UHGV virus genome: UHGV-0098755
Strand: one strand, 5' to 3'
DNA from: a virus
Length of the DNA: 64,000 nucleotides
Each line of letters opens with the position of its first letter. The stretch's first letter is position 1. Below the pieces are notes generated by a model. That model saw nothing but the letters and a program-made list of their open reading frames with translations. It had not been told where the DNA came from and searched no databases. Shown here in pieces: positions 10,881 to 20,299 of this stretch. The position numbers were made by a program, and so were the translations under genes.

Positions 10881-10881
10881 A

Positions 10882-11271
10882 TTAACGATTAAAATCAGCA
10901 GCAATTGTTTCAGCAACAATTTGAGCAGCAATAATTAGACGTTCATCTGCATTACCGCAATAATCATCTTCAAGGCGTTCACCACATGAAGTCATAATAA
11001 ATTTAGCACCAGCATTTAGAGATTCTGTCGTATGTTTGCGCATTAGTTCAATCCATTTATCACTTACTTCACGATCGATGGCTTCATAATATGCATGACG
11101 AGCAGGTGCAGATTTAATTTTGTTCTGAATAACTTCCATTGCGTTATCAGAAAGAGACAAAACCCATGCTCGACGAATTTTATTTTGGTTTTGTGGATTT
11201 GATTCAGAACGCACGTATTTTGGCTGAATATCTTTTACATCAACAGTATAATTCACAGTAATTTTAGTCAT
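10882..11271 (-). CDS. rpbA: RNA polymerase-binding protein RpbA
   Basis: 129-aa ORF in the T4 rpbA slot between 45 and 45.2/46. Confidence 0.8.
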   Translation of the reverse strand: MTKITVNYTVDVKDIQPKYVRSESNPQNQNKIRRAWVLSLSDNAMEVIQNKIKSAPARHAYYEAIDREVSDKWIELMRKHTTESLNAGAKFIMTSCGERLEDDYCGNADERLIIAAQIVAETIAADFNR

Positions 11272-11280
11272 AATACACCT

Positions 11281-11469
11281 TTAGTCATAATAATCAGTAA
11301 CAGTCCAAGCTTCATTTCTATTGGACATTATTTTCGTATATTCTGATTTAAATGCATTCTTAAGCATAGATTCAGTAACTATATGCTCTTCATTAGAAAA
11401 ATTATTTCTCAGAATATATCGTTTTATTTCAGGAATAGTTAATAGATGCTGTCCAGTTGAATATTCCAT
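11281..11469 (-). CDS. Small hypothetical protein (T4 45.2 slot)
   Basis: 62-aa ORF preceded by a MotA-box middle promoter; synteny only. Confidence 0.5.
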   Translation of the reverse strand: MEYSTGQHLLTIPEIKRYILRNNFSNEEHIVTESMLKNAFKSEYTKIMSNRNEAWTVTDYYD

Positions 11470-11477
11470 GTTTTTCC

Positions 11478-11515
11478 TCCATAGAGATTATACTCTAATA
11501 AATTAAAGCATAATC
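11478..11515 (-). promoter_or_regulatory. MotA-dependent middle promoter
   Basis: Minus strand TTATGCTTTAAT, 12 nt, TATAAT. Confidence 0.6.
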
Positions 11516-11524
11516 TCTTATAAA

Positions 11525-13207
11525 TTAAACCATTACAGTAAATCGACCAACTTTCTTCATTTGAAGATGCTGACCATATTCTTGCGGGTCATGGTCTTTA
11601 TGCGAAATTATAAAAACATTAGTGTTTTTCATTGAATTTATAATATTAGCTACACCTTTAATACCTTCGGCATCAAATGACCCATCAAACACTTCATCGA
11701 GTATTAATGTACTAATACTAACACCAGATACAATAGAAGCAATATCACGCCAAGTAAATAAAAGAGCAATATCGATTCGTGCTTTTTCACCTTCACTAAA
11801 TGAAGCATAACTAAAATCTTCACGACCACGGGATTTAATTGTCTCATTAAATTCTTCATCTAATGTAAACACATAATCCGCTTCCATTATTTTAAGATAA
11901 TGGTTAATCTGCTTATTAAATAATGGAATGTACTTTTTAATAATAGCACCTTTAATACCAGAATCTTTGAGCATATCAGTCAAAATTCCTCGGTGGTATT
12001 TTTCCATTACTAAATTAGTTTTTGTCTTAACAATTTTATCAAGTTCTTCTTGAAGCAGTGCTATTTCATCAGCATGGTCAATAAACTCAGATGATGCTTT
12101 TTCTATAGCCGCTTTAACTTTTTTAGCTTTATCTACTGCTGCGATCAGAGATTGCTTTTTATTGCGAATATCATTTGCCAACGACTGCTGAGTTTTAATA
12201 TTATCTCGGTATTCATCAACAAGAACTTTTAAATTATCACGATGTGTTGAAAGCTGTTCAAACGAATGCGTACATTCAGAAACTTTATCTTTAATTTTAG
12301 AAACAACTTTATCACCGGAACTCAATTGTGACAAACAGGTTGGACATAATCCGCCTTCGTGATACATATTAATGACTTTATTATACGAGTCAATTTTTGA
12401 TTTAATTAAAAATGCTTCTTGACCGATTTTATTAAACGCATCAGTTGGGTCTTCGTCTAAAACAATATTAACTAATCTTTCATTAGCTTCTTCTATTTCC
12501 GATTTTAGCGTTCTAGCTTCTTTTGCCAAATCATCATACATATTTTGTAGACGAGTAAGGTTGTCACCCGTTAATTTTTTCTGGCGTTCAACGTTATCAT
12601 TATATATTTTAATTTGCTGGATAATACTATCTTTTTTAACATCAAGCACTTGGTTTTGTGAATTTAATTCACGTATTAGTGCTTTATTAAGCTTATCCAT
12701 TTCAGCTAATGTTCCTACCTCAAGCAGGTCTTCCACAAGCTTTCTTCGCGCAGGGGTCGACAAACCCATGAAAGGGGTATACCCTGCTGTACCAAGGACA
12801 ACAATCTGCTTGAAACTGGCATATGACATTCCGATAAGCTGTTCAAATTCTGCTTGGAAATCTTTACTGCTGGCAGATTCATTAAGACGTGTACCGTTAA
12901 CGGTGATTTCGAAAACGTTTGGTTTTTGTCCTCTTTTGATATAGTACTTTTTCTCATCATATTCCATCCACAGTTCAACTAAAAGTTCTTTCTTATTTGT
13001 GCTGTTTATTAATTGACCTTTCTTTACATCACGAAATGGCTTGCCAAAAAGCCCAAATGTGATGGCTTCTAACATAGTAGACTTACCACCGCCATTTCGT
13101 CCAGTAATAAGAGTTTTTTGAACCTTATCTAGTTGAATGTCAATAGGATTTCCACCTACTGACATTATATTTTGATACCTAACTCGGTTTAGTTTAAAAT
13201 TCTTCAC
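11525..13207 (-). CDS. 46: Recombination endonuclease subunit gp46 (SbcC/Rad50-like)
   Basis: 560-aa ORF; Walker A GRNGGGKST, coiled-coil middle, C-terminal signature/Walker B LILDEVFDGSFD. Confidence 0.92.
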   Translation of the reverse strand: MKNFKLNRVRYQNIMSVGGNPIDIQLDKVQKTLITGRNGGGKSTMLEAITFGLFGKPFRDVKKGQLINSTNKKELLVELWMEYDEKKYYIKRGQKPNVFEITVNGTRLNESASSKDFQAEFEQLIGMSYASFKQIVVLGTAGYTPFMGLSTPARRKLVEDLLEVGTLAEMDKLNKALIRELNSQNQVLDVKKDSIIQQIKIYNDNVERQKKLTGDNLTRLQNMYDDLAKEARTLKSEIEEANERLVNIVLDEDPTDAFNKIGQEAFLIKSKIDSYNKVINMYHEGGLCPTCLSQLSSGDKVVSKIKDKVSECTHSFEQLSTHRDNLKVLVDEYRDNIKTQQSLANDIRNKKQSLIAAVDKAKKVKAAIEKASSEFIDHADEIALLQEELDKIVKTKTNLVMEKYHRGILTDMLKDSGIKGAIIKKYIPLFNKQINHYLKIMEADYVFTLDEEFNETIKSRGREDFSYASFSEGEKARIDIALLFTWRDIASIVSGVSISTLILDEVFDGSFDAEGIKGVANIINSMKNTNVFIISHKDHDPQEYGQHLQMKKVGRFTVMV

Positions 13208-13467
13208 AAAAGATTCCTTTTAATGTATCTTTTAGACCATTCTATCATATCATCATAATCTAAAAAGTATTCATCAAATTCAGCCATGCAAACAACACCT
13301 TGCGCTGCTTTTGATGTGATATAAATTATTCCAACATATCTAGAATCTTCTTCGGTGTAATCAATATTTGCTATGAATTCATCATTAATGTCAAATGTCG
13401 AAAACTTCACAGTATGCATCCTTAATACAAGATACAGCCATATCTTGTAATGATTTAGGTGTGTCAT
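13204..13467 (-). CDS. Small hypothetical protein (46.1 slot)
   Basis: 87-aa ORF between 46 and 47. Confidence 0.45.
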   Translation of the reverse strand: MTHLNHYKIWLYLVLRMHTVKFSTFDINDEFIANIDYTEEDSRYVGIIYITSKAAQGVVCMAEFDEYFLDYDDMIEWSKRYIKRNLL

Positions 13468-13654
13468 TATCTAAAATGTTGAAGTTAAAAGATACAGCCC
13501 AGTCAGTGCAGACCGTAACCTTTTTAATACAATTATCTTCAACTTCTAGGGGTTCAAACCAATATTCAATAATTTCTTTATGCCCAATATCATCTTTTAC
13601 TTCGCATTCAAAATGCTGACACATCATAACATTTTTAAATTCATCAAAAGTCAT
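13391..13654 (-). CDS. Small hypothetical protein (46.2 slot)
   Basis: 87-aa ORF; overlaps the previous ORF by 77 nt in another frame, true start uncertain. Confidence 0.4.
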   Translation of the reverse strand: MTFDEFKNVMMCQHFECEVKDDIGHKEIIEYWFEPLEVEDNCIKKVTVCTDWAVSFNFNILDNDTPKSLQDMAVSCIKDAYCEVFDI

Positions 13655-14670
13655 TGTGTTGCCTCTACATATAACTGATTTGCATATTGAATAAGTGCTT
13701 CACGGTCAGAATCAGTGATGTCTGGAATTGCATTAATGTATTCTTCCATCAATGTCTGAAGAGATTGAACTTCAACTTCTTCACTATCATCTGACTCGAC
13801 AGAGTTATCAATCTTTGACACAACTCGTAATGAATGCACAACTTTTTCTAGTTCAGATTCGAACTTCGTTAGATTTTTGTCTACCTCAGTTACTATAACA
13901 CGCACTGATAGATTTGTAAAATCTTTATAGTCAATTTTTCCTTTAAATGGATACTGAATTCGACGATGCCAGGTAGTGTTGTTTGGAATAAATTCCATTC
14001 GTTCTGTTTCTGTATCAAACATCCAGAACCCACGAGGGTCATTCTCGTCACCCGCAGTTAGTGTCCATGGTGTCCCAATATATCTGACGTTAGCAGCCTC
14101 AGAGATAGTATGGAAGTGACCAGACCACACTTCTTTATAAGTCTTAAGGAAATCAGGTTCAAGACCGTGAGATTTCATTCCTTTATAAAAATAAAATCCA
14201 TTCAGTTCCCAGTGACCAACACAAAAAGAAGCAGATGAAGTTTTGATGTGTTCAAGAATTTCACCAGTATTTTCTTCGCACATCCAAGGAATTAAATCAA
14301 TCAAACATCCGTCAAAATCTACTGTAGTAGGCTTATCATATACTTTAACATTAGGGTATTTAGCCAAAAGCTCAGTAGAAGCATTTGGAGTTAAAGTATT
14401 TTTAAAGTGCATATCATGGTTTCCTACAACAGTATGTAGGGTAATACCAGCATCATCAAGCATTTGAACTATTTCACGGGCAAACTCCATAGTTTTATGC
14501 GTGATTGCTTTTCGCACATCAAAAATATCACCGTATTGAATCCATGTAGTAATTCCGTTTTTCTTAGAATATTCTATCGCTTGCTTAATTCCATCCAGCT
14601 GAATAGATTGAACCCACTCATCATCAGCTTTAACGCCTAAATGCCAATCACCTAAATTTAAAATTTTCAT
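13651..14670 (-). CDS. 47: Recombination endonuclease subunit gp47 (Mre11/SbcD-like phosphoesterase)
   Basis: 339-aa ORF; metallophosphoesterase motifs (LGDWHLG, GNHD, GHWE). Confidence 0.92.
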   Translation of the reverse strand: MKILNLGDWHLGVKADDEWVQSIQLDGIKQAIEYSKKNGITTWIQYGDIFDVRKAITHKTMEFAREIVQMLDDAGITLHTVVGNHDMHFKNTLTPNASTELLAKYPNVKVYDKPTTVDFDGCLIDLIPWMCEENTGEILEHIKTSSASFCVGHWELNGFYFYKGMKSHGLEPDFLKTYKEVWSGHFHTISEAANVRYIGTPWTLTAGDENDPRGFWMFDTETERMEFIPNNTTWHRRIQYPFKGKIDYKDFTNLSVRVIVTEVDKNLTKFESELEKVVHSLRVVSKIDNSVESDDSEEVEVQSLQTLMEEYINAIPDITDSDREALIQYANQLYVEATQ

Positions 14671-14825
14671 ATATCAAGAACCGTCATTGAAATGCAAAAT
14701 AAAATTATTGAAATAAATCCATCTGGAGTACTAAAGAACCCAATCCAACACGCTCTGGTGAATAGATAAAATGCAAGAAAAAGTATCACATATCCAAGAA
14801 ATATCATTATATCAAACTCCGTATA

Positions 14826-14848
14826 AAGCTAAAGGGCCGAAGCCCTTT
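14826..14848 (-). terminator. C(UUCG)G hairpin after alpha-gt
   Basis: AAAGGGC-UUCG-GCCCUUU. Confidence 0.6.
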
Positions 14849-16049
14849 ATTTTGTAATAATGTCAAACTGCTCTTTAAAGCAGAAGCTTGAATCTTGGTG
14901 CTGATACAAAAATTCATAAGCTTTTTCACGTTCACGGTCATAAAGAGCTCGGTCAGATGACAGTTCTTTAATACGTTCAAATGTTGATTCCATGTCATTT
15001 TCATCAAACCAAACGATACCGCTATCGTGTGAAATTAATGGAGTATTATCAACACGGAATTTTAAATTTTCGCCAGTAGATTTCCAAAATACTGGAATTG
15101 TTCCACATGCACCAAGCTCGAGATGAGTGTATTCTAAAGAACGCTGTAGATATTTTTTATCTAATTTACTCAGCTGATAACCAAATCCGGATTTACTCAT
15201 GCGTTCAAGCATTTCGCTATTTACATAACGGTCAAGAATTTGCGTTGGCAAATTAGGAGCAATTTTAATTTGGTCTACTTGATGAAGACGATAATACTCG
15301 TATGGAATTCCTTTTTCTTTAATAGGAATGAACGCTGGAGAACGTTCCAGACCTTCCATAATAGTACTTAGTCCTGCAGGTTTAAGATGTTTTTCATGAA
15401 AATCAAACATCTGATAAAAGCCTTTCCATGTAGTAGTACGACCAATCCAACGGTTGATATTCATGTTAATTTCAGAAACATCTTTCCAGTAGGTTGATCG
15501 AACCTTCGCAATATCCATAGGAGGCTGAAAGTTATATACGGTCGGTGCTTCTTCAATATCATCAAACAAAGAAACAGTTTCCGGATACCATTCTTTCATT
15601 AAAACTTTATTAAAATCACCATTATCAGAATGGCTAAAAATAACATCAGCTCGACGAACAGTTTCTTCTAATCCCAAATTTCGACGCAAAGAAAGAGAAG
15701 AATGGTCATGCTGATAAACTACAACACGAACCGAAGGTTTAATGTTATCAATAATTTTTTTATAGTTATTAATCGTGTCTTCTTCAACTGAAGTAGCAGG
15801 AACTGAATTGATAACTAGAATATCACAATCATTTACCAGCTTAAGTGTTTTATCGTATTCTTTTGCCAATAAAACTGGAATTGAAAATGACTTATAATCA
15901 TGCGCACAATTACGAGTAAATGATTTATCTTTAGCATAAACCAAAGTTACTTCATGACCATTTTTAATAAACCAATCACGCTGCTCAAGAGAAAATTTAG
16001 TTACACCGCAACCTTCAAGACCTCGAGCCATAAAAATACATACTTTCAT
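14847..16049 (-). CDS. agt: DNA alpha-glucosyltransferase
   Basis: 400-aa ORF, same length and N-terminus type as T4 alpha-gt (ICIFMARGLEGCGVTKF...); position after gene 47. Confidence 0.88.
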   Translation of the reverse strand: MKVCIFMARGLEGCGVTKFSLEQRDWFIKNGHEVTLVYAKDKSFTRNCAHDYKSFSIPVLLAKEYDKTLKLVNDCDILVINSVPATSVEEDTINNYKKIIDNIKPSVRVVVYQHDHSSLSLRRNLGLEETVRRADVIFSHSDNGDFNKVLMKEWYPETVSLFDDIEEAPTVYNFQPPMDIAKVRSTYWKDVSEINMNINRWIGRTTTWKGFYQMFDFHEKHLKPAGLSTIMEGLERSPAFIPIKEKGIPYEYYRLHQVDQIKIAPNLPTQILDRYVNSEMLERMSKSGFGYQLSKLDKKYLQRSLEYTHLELGACGTIPVFWKSTGENLKFRVDNTPLISHDSGIVWFDENDMESTFERIKELSSDRALYDREREKAYEFLYQHQDSSFCFKEQFDIITK

Positions 16050-16067
16050 TTAATGTCCTCATTGTTT

Positions 16068-16100
16068 TGGTTTATTTTACCAAAAATTTATAAAGCAATA
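16068..16100 (-). promoter_or_regulatory. MotA-dependent middle promoter upstream of alpha-gt
   Basis: Minus strand TATTGCTTTATAAA, 12 nt, TAAAAT; sits between a terminator hairpin and the agt start. Confidence 0.5.
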
Positions 16101-16118
16101 TAGGAGCCGAGGCTCCTA
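16099..16118 (-). terminator. Hairpin (GGAGCC-UCGG-CUCC type)
   Basis: Perfect inverted repeat ataggagccgaggctcctat. Confidence 0.5.
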
Positions 16119-16292
16119 TCCACATAATACACCATACAGAGGCTCATTAGAGCTTCTAAATTTTATGCGCTTATATGTTATAGTTCCTTCTGCTTTAGCT
16201 TTATCATGAGACTCTTTAAAGCGTCTCATCATTTCTACTTTAGAGGAACGAATTTTATTATAATCTATTTCAGAAGTCTGGGTGTTCATCTT

Positions 16293-16499
16293 TCACAGTT
16301 GCCACCATTTTTTGACTTGATAAGAATCAACCCACACTTTCATATTAGGGTCTGCTCTTACAATAGGAGGATTAACTTCTTTAATTGAACTATCATGGTA
16401 TTCTTTTTCAGAAATTTTCACACAAAGATGACCATTCAAAGATTCAGTAAATCCTGCATTAATTTTAAGACGCTTGAATTTTACGTGTGTAAGCATCAA
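16293..16499 (-). CDS. Small hypothetical protein
   Basis: 68-aa ORF only; overlaps next ORF. Confidence 0.3.
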   Translation of the reverse strand: MMLTHVKFKRLKINAGFTESLNGHLCVKISEKEYHDSSIKEVNPPIVRADPNMKVWVDSYQVKKWWQL

Positions 16500-16782
16500 T
16501 CATATCCTCAATCTGTGATCTAGTAGTCTTCCAAAGAATACTAATGAGTTCATCATTATATGGCTGTTTTAGAATATCCCGACTTTTCTTGATAGCATAT
16601 TCGTATTGAGCAAAATTATTGTTTTCAGCTGCAATCTGAGCGTGTTTATAAAGACGGTTCAGTTCGCGTTTGTTTTTAGACAATAACTTATTTGCTTTTC
16701 TTTCTGCTTCAAGACGGTTCTTTTCTTCAATAGAAGAAATAAGCTTTTCCACTTCATCATTAATTTCGGGTTTATCAGTCAT
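16465..16782 (-). CDS. Small hypothetical protein downstream of gene 55
   Basis: 105-aa ORF, charged/helical. Confidence 0.5.
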   Translation of the reverse strand: MTDKPEINDEVEKLISSIEEKNRLEAERKANKLLSKNKRELNRLYKHAQIAAENNNFAQYEYAIKKSRDILKQPYNDELISILWKTTRSQIEDMIDAYTRKIQAS

Positions 16783-16783
16783 A

Positions 16784-17002
16784 TTATTTCTCTAATATAA
16801 AATAAAAATCATCATCTGTTAAATGATACCGATAGTTTAATTCTACACCATTAGATTTAAAAGCGGTATCATACGGATTTTCTGGATCAATATCAATGTC
16901 AAGAGCTAAAACTTCCCTGAGATACATTTTAAGTAAATAGGGAATAGCTTCAACTTCAGGTATTTCTTCCAAGAATCCGGAGAGGTTAATCGTTAGCCTC
17001 AT
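16784..17002 (-). CDS. Small hypothetical protein
   Basis: 72-aa ORF tightly packed after gene 55. Confidence 0.5.
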
Positions 17003-17543
17003 ATAAAAAATCCAAACTAGGAGAATCGTCTACAACACTTTTCTTTTCAGCCCCCGGTGTTCTATAGGTTGATTCTTCGTAATGCGTCATTTTATCGTAG
17101 ATGTCTTGAATAAAAGTTTCATCTACTAACGCAACCATATCGTCGTCACGACTGTCATAGACATTGTGAACGAAGTAACTATATTTCTTTGCAACTTCCT
17201 TACGTTCTTTTTTAATACGTTGGACGAATGCATTAAAACAAGCTTGAGTTATATATGCATGTGGGTTTTTATATTTCGTTTCATCAAAATTATGAAGCCC
17301 CTTAATAGAAGCTTCTATACCATCTGCAATCATTTCTTGTTTCCAAGACTGGGTGTATCCTGAAAAGTTGAAACGTTTAGATAAGCCTTCTGCAATAAGC
17401 ATAATGGCTAATCCGATAGTATCATTCTGACGAACTACTTTATTTGGGTCTTTATTATTTGCTAATTCTGTTTTCCAATCAATAATAGCTTGTAAAAGCT
17501 CTTTATTGTTTACGTAATTATATTTAGGCTTAGTTTCTGACAT
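16986..17543 (-). CDS. 55: Late-transcription sigma factor gp55
   Basis: Start [20 protein letters not shown] gives 185 aa, matching T4 gp55 as recalled. Confidence 0.9.
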
Positions 17544-17564
17544 TTTCACCTCTTAGCTCAATTC

Positions 17565-17600
17565 ATAGATCTATTATATCATAATATTTGAAGATCTATC
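17565..17600 (-). promoter_or_regulatory. MotA-box middle promoter candidate upstream of gene 55
   Basis: Minus strand TCTATGCTTTAAG followed by TATTAT. Confidence 0.4.
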
Positions 17601-17625
17601 TTAAAGCATAGAGGATGAATCAATT

Positions 17626-17841
17626 TTACGTATTCATTAAGTTAGCCGCTTCGAGAGCTGCATCTAGTGAATCAAATTGATCGACATATTCAATTAATTC
17701 GCCATAATTAGCATATAACCACCATTGGCTAAATTCATACTCAAGGATGAATCCATTTCCTTCAATTTGAGTTAAACCATTGCCGTTTGTATTTACTTCA
17801 TATCCGGCAAGACGCAAATCGTTAATAAGAGCTTCGTTCAT
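17626..17841 (-). CDS. Small hypothetical protein
   Basis: 71-aa ORF. Confidence 0.4.
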   Translation of the reverse strand: MNEALINDLRLAGYEVNTNGNGLTQIEGNGFILEYEFSQWWLYANYGELIEYVDQFDSLDAALEAANLMNT

Positions 17842-17843
17842 AA

Positions 17844-18170
17844 TTATACCTTAGTAATTTTCAGGTCTGCAAATTTTTTCTTGCGTTGATTTTTCATGCG
17901 ACGAATAGTTTTATCGGAAATTTCATGTTTTTGATAAGCTTTAGATTCTACGCCAAAAGCTTTAACATCAAATTCTGACAAGATATATTGAACTAACAAT
18001 TCACGGACAGTATTGCGTCCAATCTTCTGATCATTCTGTTTCATCGTCTGATGAAGCTCTTTTTCCCATTTATCCAAAATTTGAGGAGTTACAATATCGC
18101 CTTTTTCTAGCAGAGAAACTACTTTATCATATGCGTAAGAATTGATGGCGTTTTTAATTTGAATAGTCAT
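17844..18170 (-). CDS. Small hypothetical protein
   Basis: 108-aa ORF followed by a terminator hairpin. Confidence 0.5.
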   Translation of the reverse strand: MTIQIKNAINSYAYDKVVSLLEKGDIVTPQILDKWEKELHQTMKQNDQKIGRNTVRELLVQYILSEFDVKAFGVESKAYQKHEISDKTIRRMKNQRKKKFADLKITKV

Positions 18171-18199
18171 ACATTATCCTCAATTACGTTAAAATTTTA

Positions 18200-18224
18200 T
18201 TATCCAAAAAGGGCCGAAGCCCTT
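18200..18224 (-). terminator. C(UUCG)G hairpin terminator
   Basis: AAGGGC-UUCG-GCCCUU followed by UUUUU. Confidence 0.7.
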
Positions 18225-18423
18225 AGCTAAACTGTTTGGCACCCTTCCAGCCTTCGTACATCATTGCGGCTGATATTAATATTGCTCCTGAGCAACTCGA
18301 ATATTTGTGATTCCAAAACCAGTTTAGAAAAACTTCATCATCAATACCTTGGGCTATCATATTTTCAAAGAACTGACGACGAGATTCGGCAATTCGTTGT
18401 GATAATTTAGATTCAGGATTCAT
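18223..18423 (-). CDS. Small hypothetical protein
   Basis: 66-aa ORF. Confidence 0.4.
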   Translation of the reverse strand: MNPESKLSQRIAESRRQFFENMIAQGIDDEVFLNWFWNHKYSSCSGAILISAAMMYEGWKGAKQFS

Positions 18424-18562
18424 TTAAATTTTCCAGTTACCGTTTTCATCAATAAATTTAATCCAGTCATTTACTGACCACTTAGTTGTATCACCTTTTG
18501 GAGTAACATTTAAAGTGTATAATCCTTGTTTAAAAAGCATACGTTTGATATTCATATTTTCC

Positions 18563-18856
18563 TCAGCTGTAACGATAGCACTCGTTTGATTTACGTTTAG
18601 CAACTCGTTGAGAAGTATTATAATCAAAATCATCATCAATGTAAACTGATTTTTTCAACTTTCTTACTTCACTACGTAATTGACGATTTAGCTCATCTTT
18701 AACTTCTGAATCAATGCCTTTCATTCTACGCCATTTATCTGAGCGAAAAATGTTTTCAACCATATCTTTATGACTTACCCCATCAGGAGCTTTACGCTTT
18801 CCGAAATAGTCATAATCACGCACTTTTAAGTCTTTACGACGATACGTTTTACCCAT
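18563..18856 (-). CDS. Small basic hypothetical protein
   Basis: ORF 18563..18895; probable start MGKTYRRK at ATG 18854-18856. Confidence 0.4.
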   Translation of the reverse strand: MGKTYRRKDLKVRDYDYFGKRKAPDGVSHKDMVENIFRSDKWRRMKGIDSEVKDELNRQLRSEVRKLKKSVYIDDDFDYNTSQRVAKRKSNECYRYS

Positions 18857-19054
18857 GGAGTTTAATTTCCTTAGCAATTGAACTAAATGCAGCACGATCG
18901 CAAATCATGCGTTTATGTAACTTGAGTATAATATAGCAAACTTCAAAACTATTTACATGAGTAACACGAACAGCATTACCATTCACGAGATAATACTGTC
19001 CCTTTTTAATTTCTTTATCAACCACAACCATATCAATTCCTCAAAGGTAATTCA

Positions 19055-19112
19055 TATGTTAATAATACCACAGTTTGAACTTGTTGTAAACAACTTTGTG
19101 AAAATTATTTTA
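19055..19112 (-). promoter_or_regulatory. T4-type early promoter
   Basis: -35 GTTTAC (19086-19091) and -10 TGGTATTATTAA on the minus strand, conserved upstream block. Confidence 0.65.
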
Positions 19113-19189
19113 GGGAATGATAAGAAAGGAACGATAGCTTAGAATGGTAATATACAGAATGTGAGAAAGAAAGGCCCAGAGGGCCCGTC

Positions 19190-19498
19190 TTAATCTTCTA
19201 TGATATCTCTATCATATCCAAGTGAAATGAGAGTTTCTTTGAAGTGTTTAATGTTCTTTTGTCTAGAATCATTAATGAAAATGACTGGATAACGAATGTT
19301 AAGAGATGTGAATCCAGCGCGTTTAGCAAGAGATACAATCAGTGGACGATCATACTCAATCTTACCATTATTTGTAAGAACTTTATAGAAAGTAAAAGGA
19401 GCATTGAGCTCCTTTAGAAGTTTTGTAACTGATTGACATCCAGGACAACGACCTACTTCATCTGGAATTCCATAGACTTCAATCTTATTTTGTTTCAC
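19190..19498 (-). CDS. nrdH: Glutaredoxin-like protein NrdH
   Basis: 102-aa ORF with CPGC redox motif, upstream of nrdG/nrdD. Confidence 0.8.
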   Translation of the reverse strand: MKQNKIEVYGIPDEVGRCPGCQSVTKLLKELNAPFTFYKVLTNNGKIEYDRPLIVSLAKRAGFTSLNIRYPVIFINDSRQKNIKHFKETLISLGYDRDIIED

Positions 19499-19500
19499 AA

Positions 19501-19713
19501 CTATTCCTTACTAAGAGCAGCATTCAGCTTGTTAGTAATTTTATCCAGACGCTCACTGAACTCACTGGAAGATAAGCCTTTTTCTGGAGAAATTAAACTA
19601 ATCACGAAAAATATAGCAATAAAAGGAATAAGGAAAATAGCTCCAACTGCCATAAACAGAAAGAATGTTACAGTTGTAAGAAAATCAGCTAAACCTTTAC
19701 GAAATTTATACAT
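19501..19713 (-). CDS. Small membrane protein
   Basis: 70-aa ORF, one long hydrophobic segment. Confidence 0.45.
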   Translation of the reverse strand: MYKFRKGLADFLTTVTFFLFMAVGAIFLIPFIAIFFVISLISPEKGLSSSEFSERLDKITNKLNAALSKE

Positions 19714-19828
19714 ATTTTACCCTTAATTGATTAACCAAGCATTGATAAGCACTAAACTATATTGGGAATAAAATTCTGGACCAAAATGAAAAATCATATC
19801 ATTTATAGTATCCATAATGTAATTCAAT

Positions 19829-20299
19829 TTAATCATGTTTCCACACCCCATCGGTATTTGACCAAAGCCGCTGATTATCTGATCCTCGCCACAGCTTTTT
19901 GGTCGGAAGATTTTTCTCATACTTCCCATCAATAATAACATCAACATATTTAAGCATTTCTAGTTGTTTAATATCTTCAAACTTGTATCCTGTCCACAAC
20001 CAAATGCTTTTATTCGGATAAAGATTTTTTACCGTTTGAACAATGCAATGAACAACATCTCGGTTATCAGGATAAAGAGGGTCTCCTCCAGTTATAGTTA
20101 ATCCTTCTATATAATCATTATTCAAACATTCAATTAATTGTTCTAGTGTTTCACCAGTGAATGGAATACCATTTCTAGCATTCCATGTTGATTTATTATA
20201 ACACCCTTCGCATTTATGCAAACAACCTGTAACGAAAAGAACAACCCTGCAACCAGGGCCATTCACAAAATCGCAAGGATAAAATCTATCATAATTCAT
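19829..20299 (-). CDS. nrdG: Anaerobic ribonucleotide reductase activase NrdG (radical SAM)
   Basis: 156-aa ORF with cysteine cluster GCLHKCEGC. Confidence 0.9.
   Translation of the reverse strand: MNYDRFYPCDFVNGPGCRVVLFVTGCLHKCEGCYNKSTWNARNGIPFTGETLEQLIECLNNDYIEGLTITGGDPLYPDNRDVVHCIVQTVKNLYPNKSIWLWTGYKFEDIKQLEMLKYVDVIIDGKYEKNLPTKKLWRGSDNQRLWSNTDGVWKHD

Noticed and set aside
19723-19947. 74-aa minus ORF overlapping the nrdG 3' end
   Set aside because: Out-of-frame overlap of more than 100 nt with nrdG, no ribosome-binding site noticed; likely spurious.
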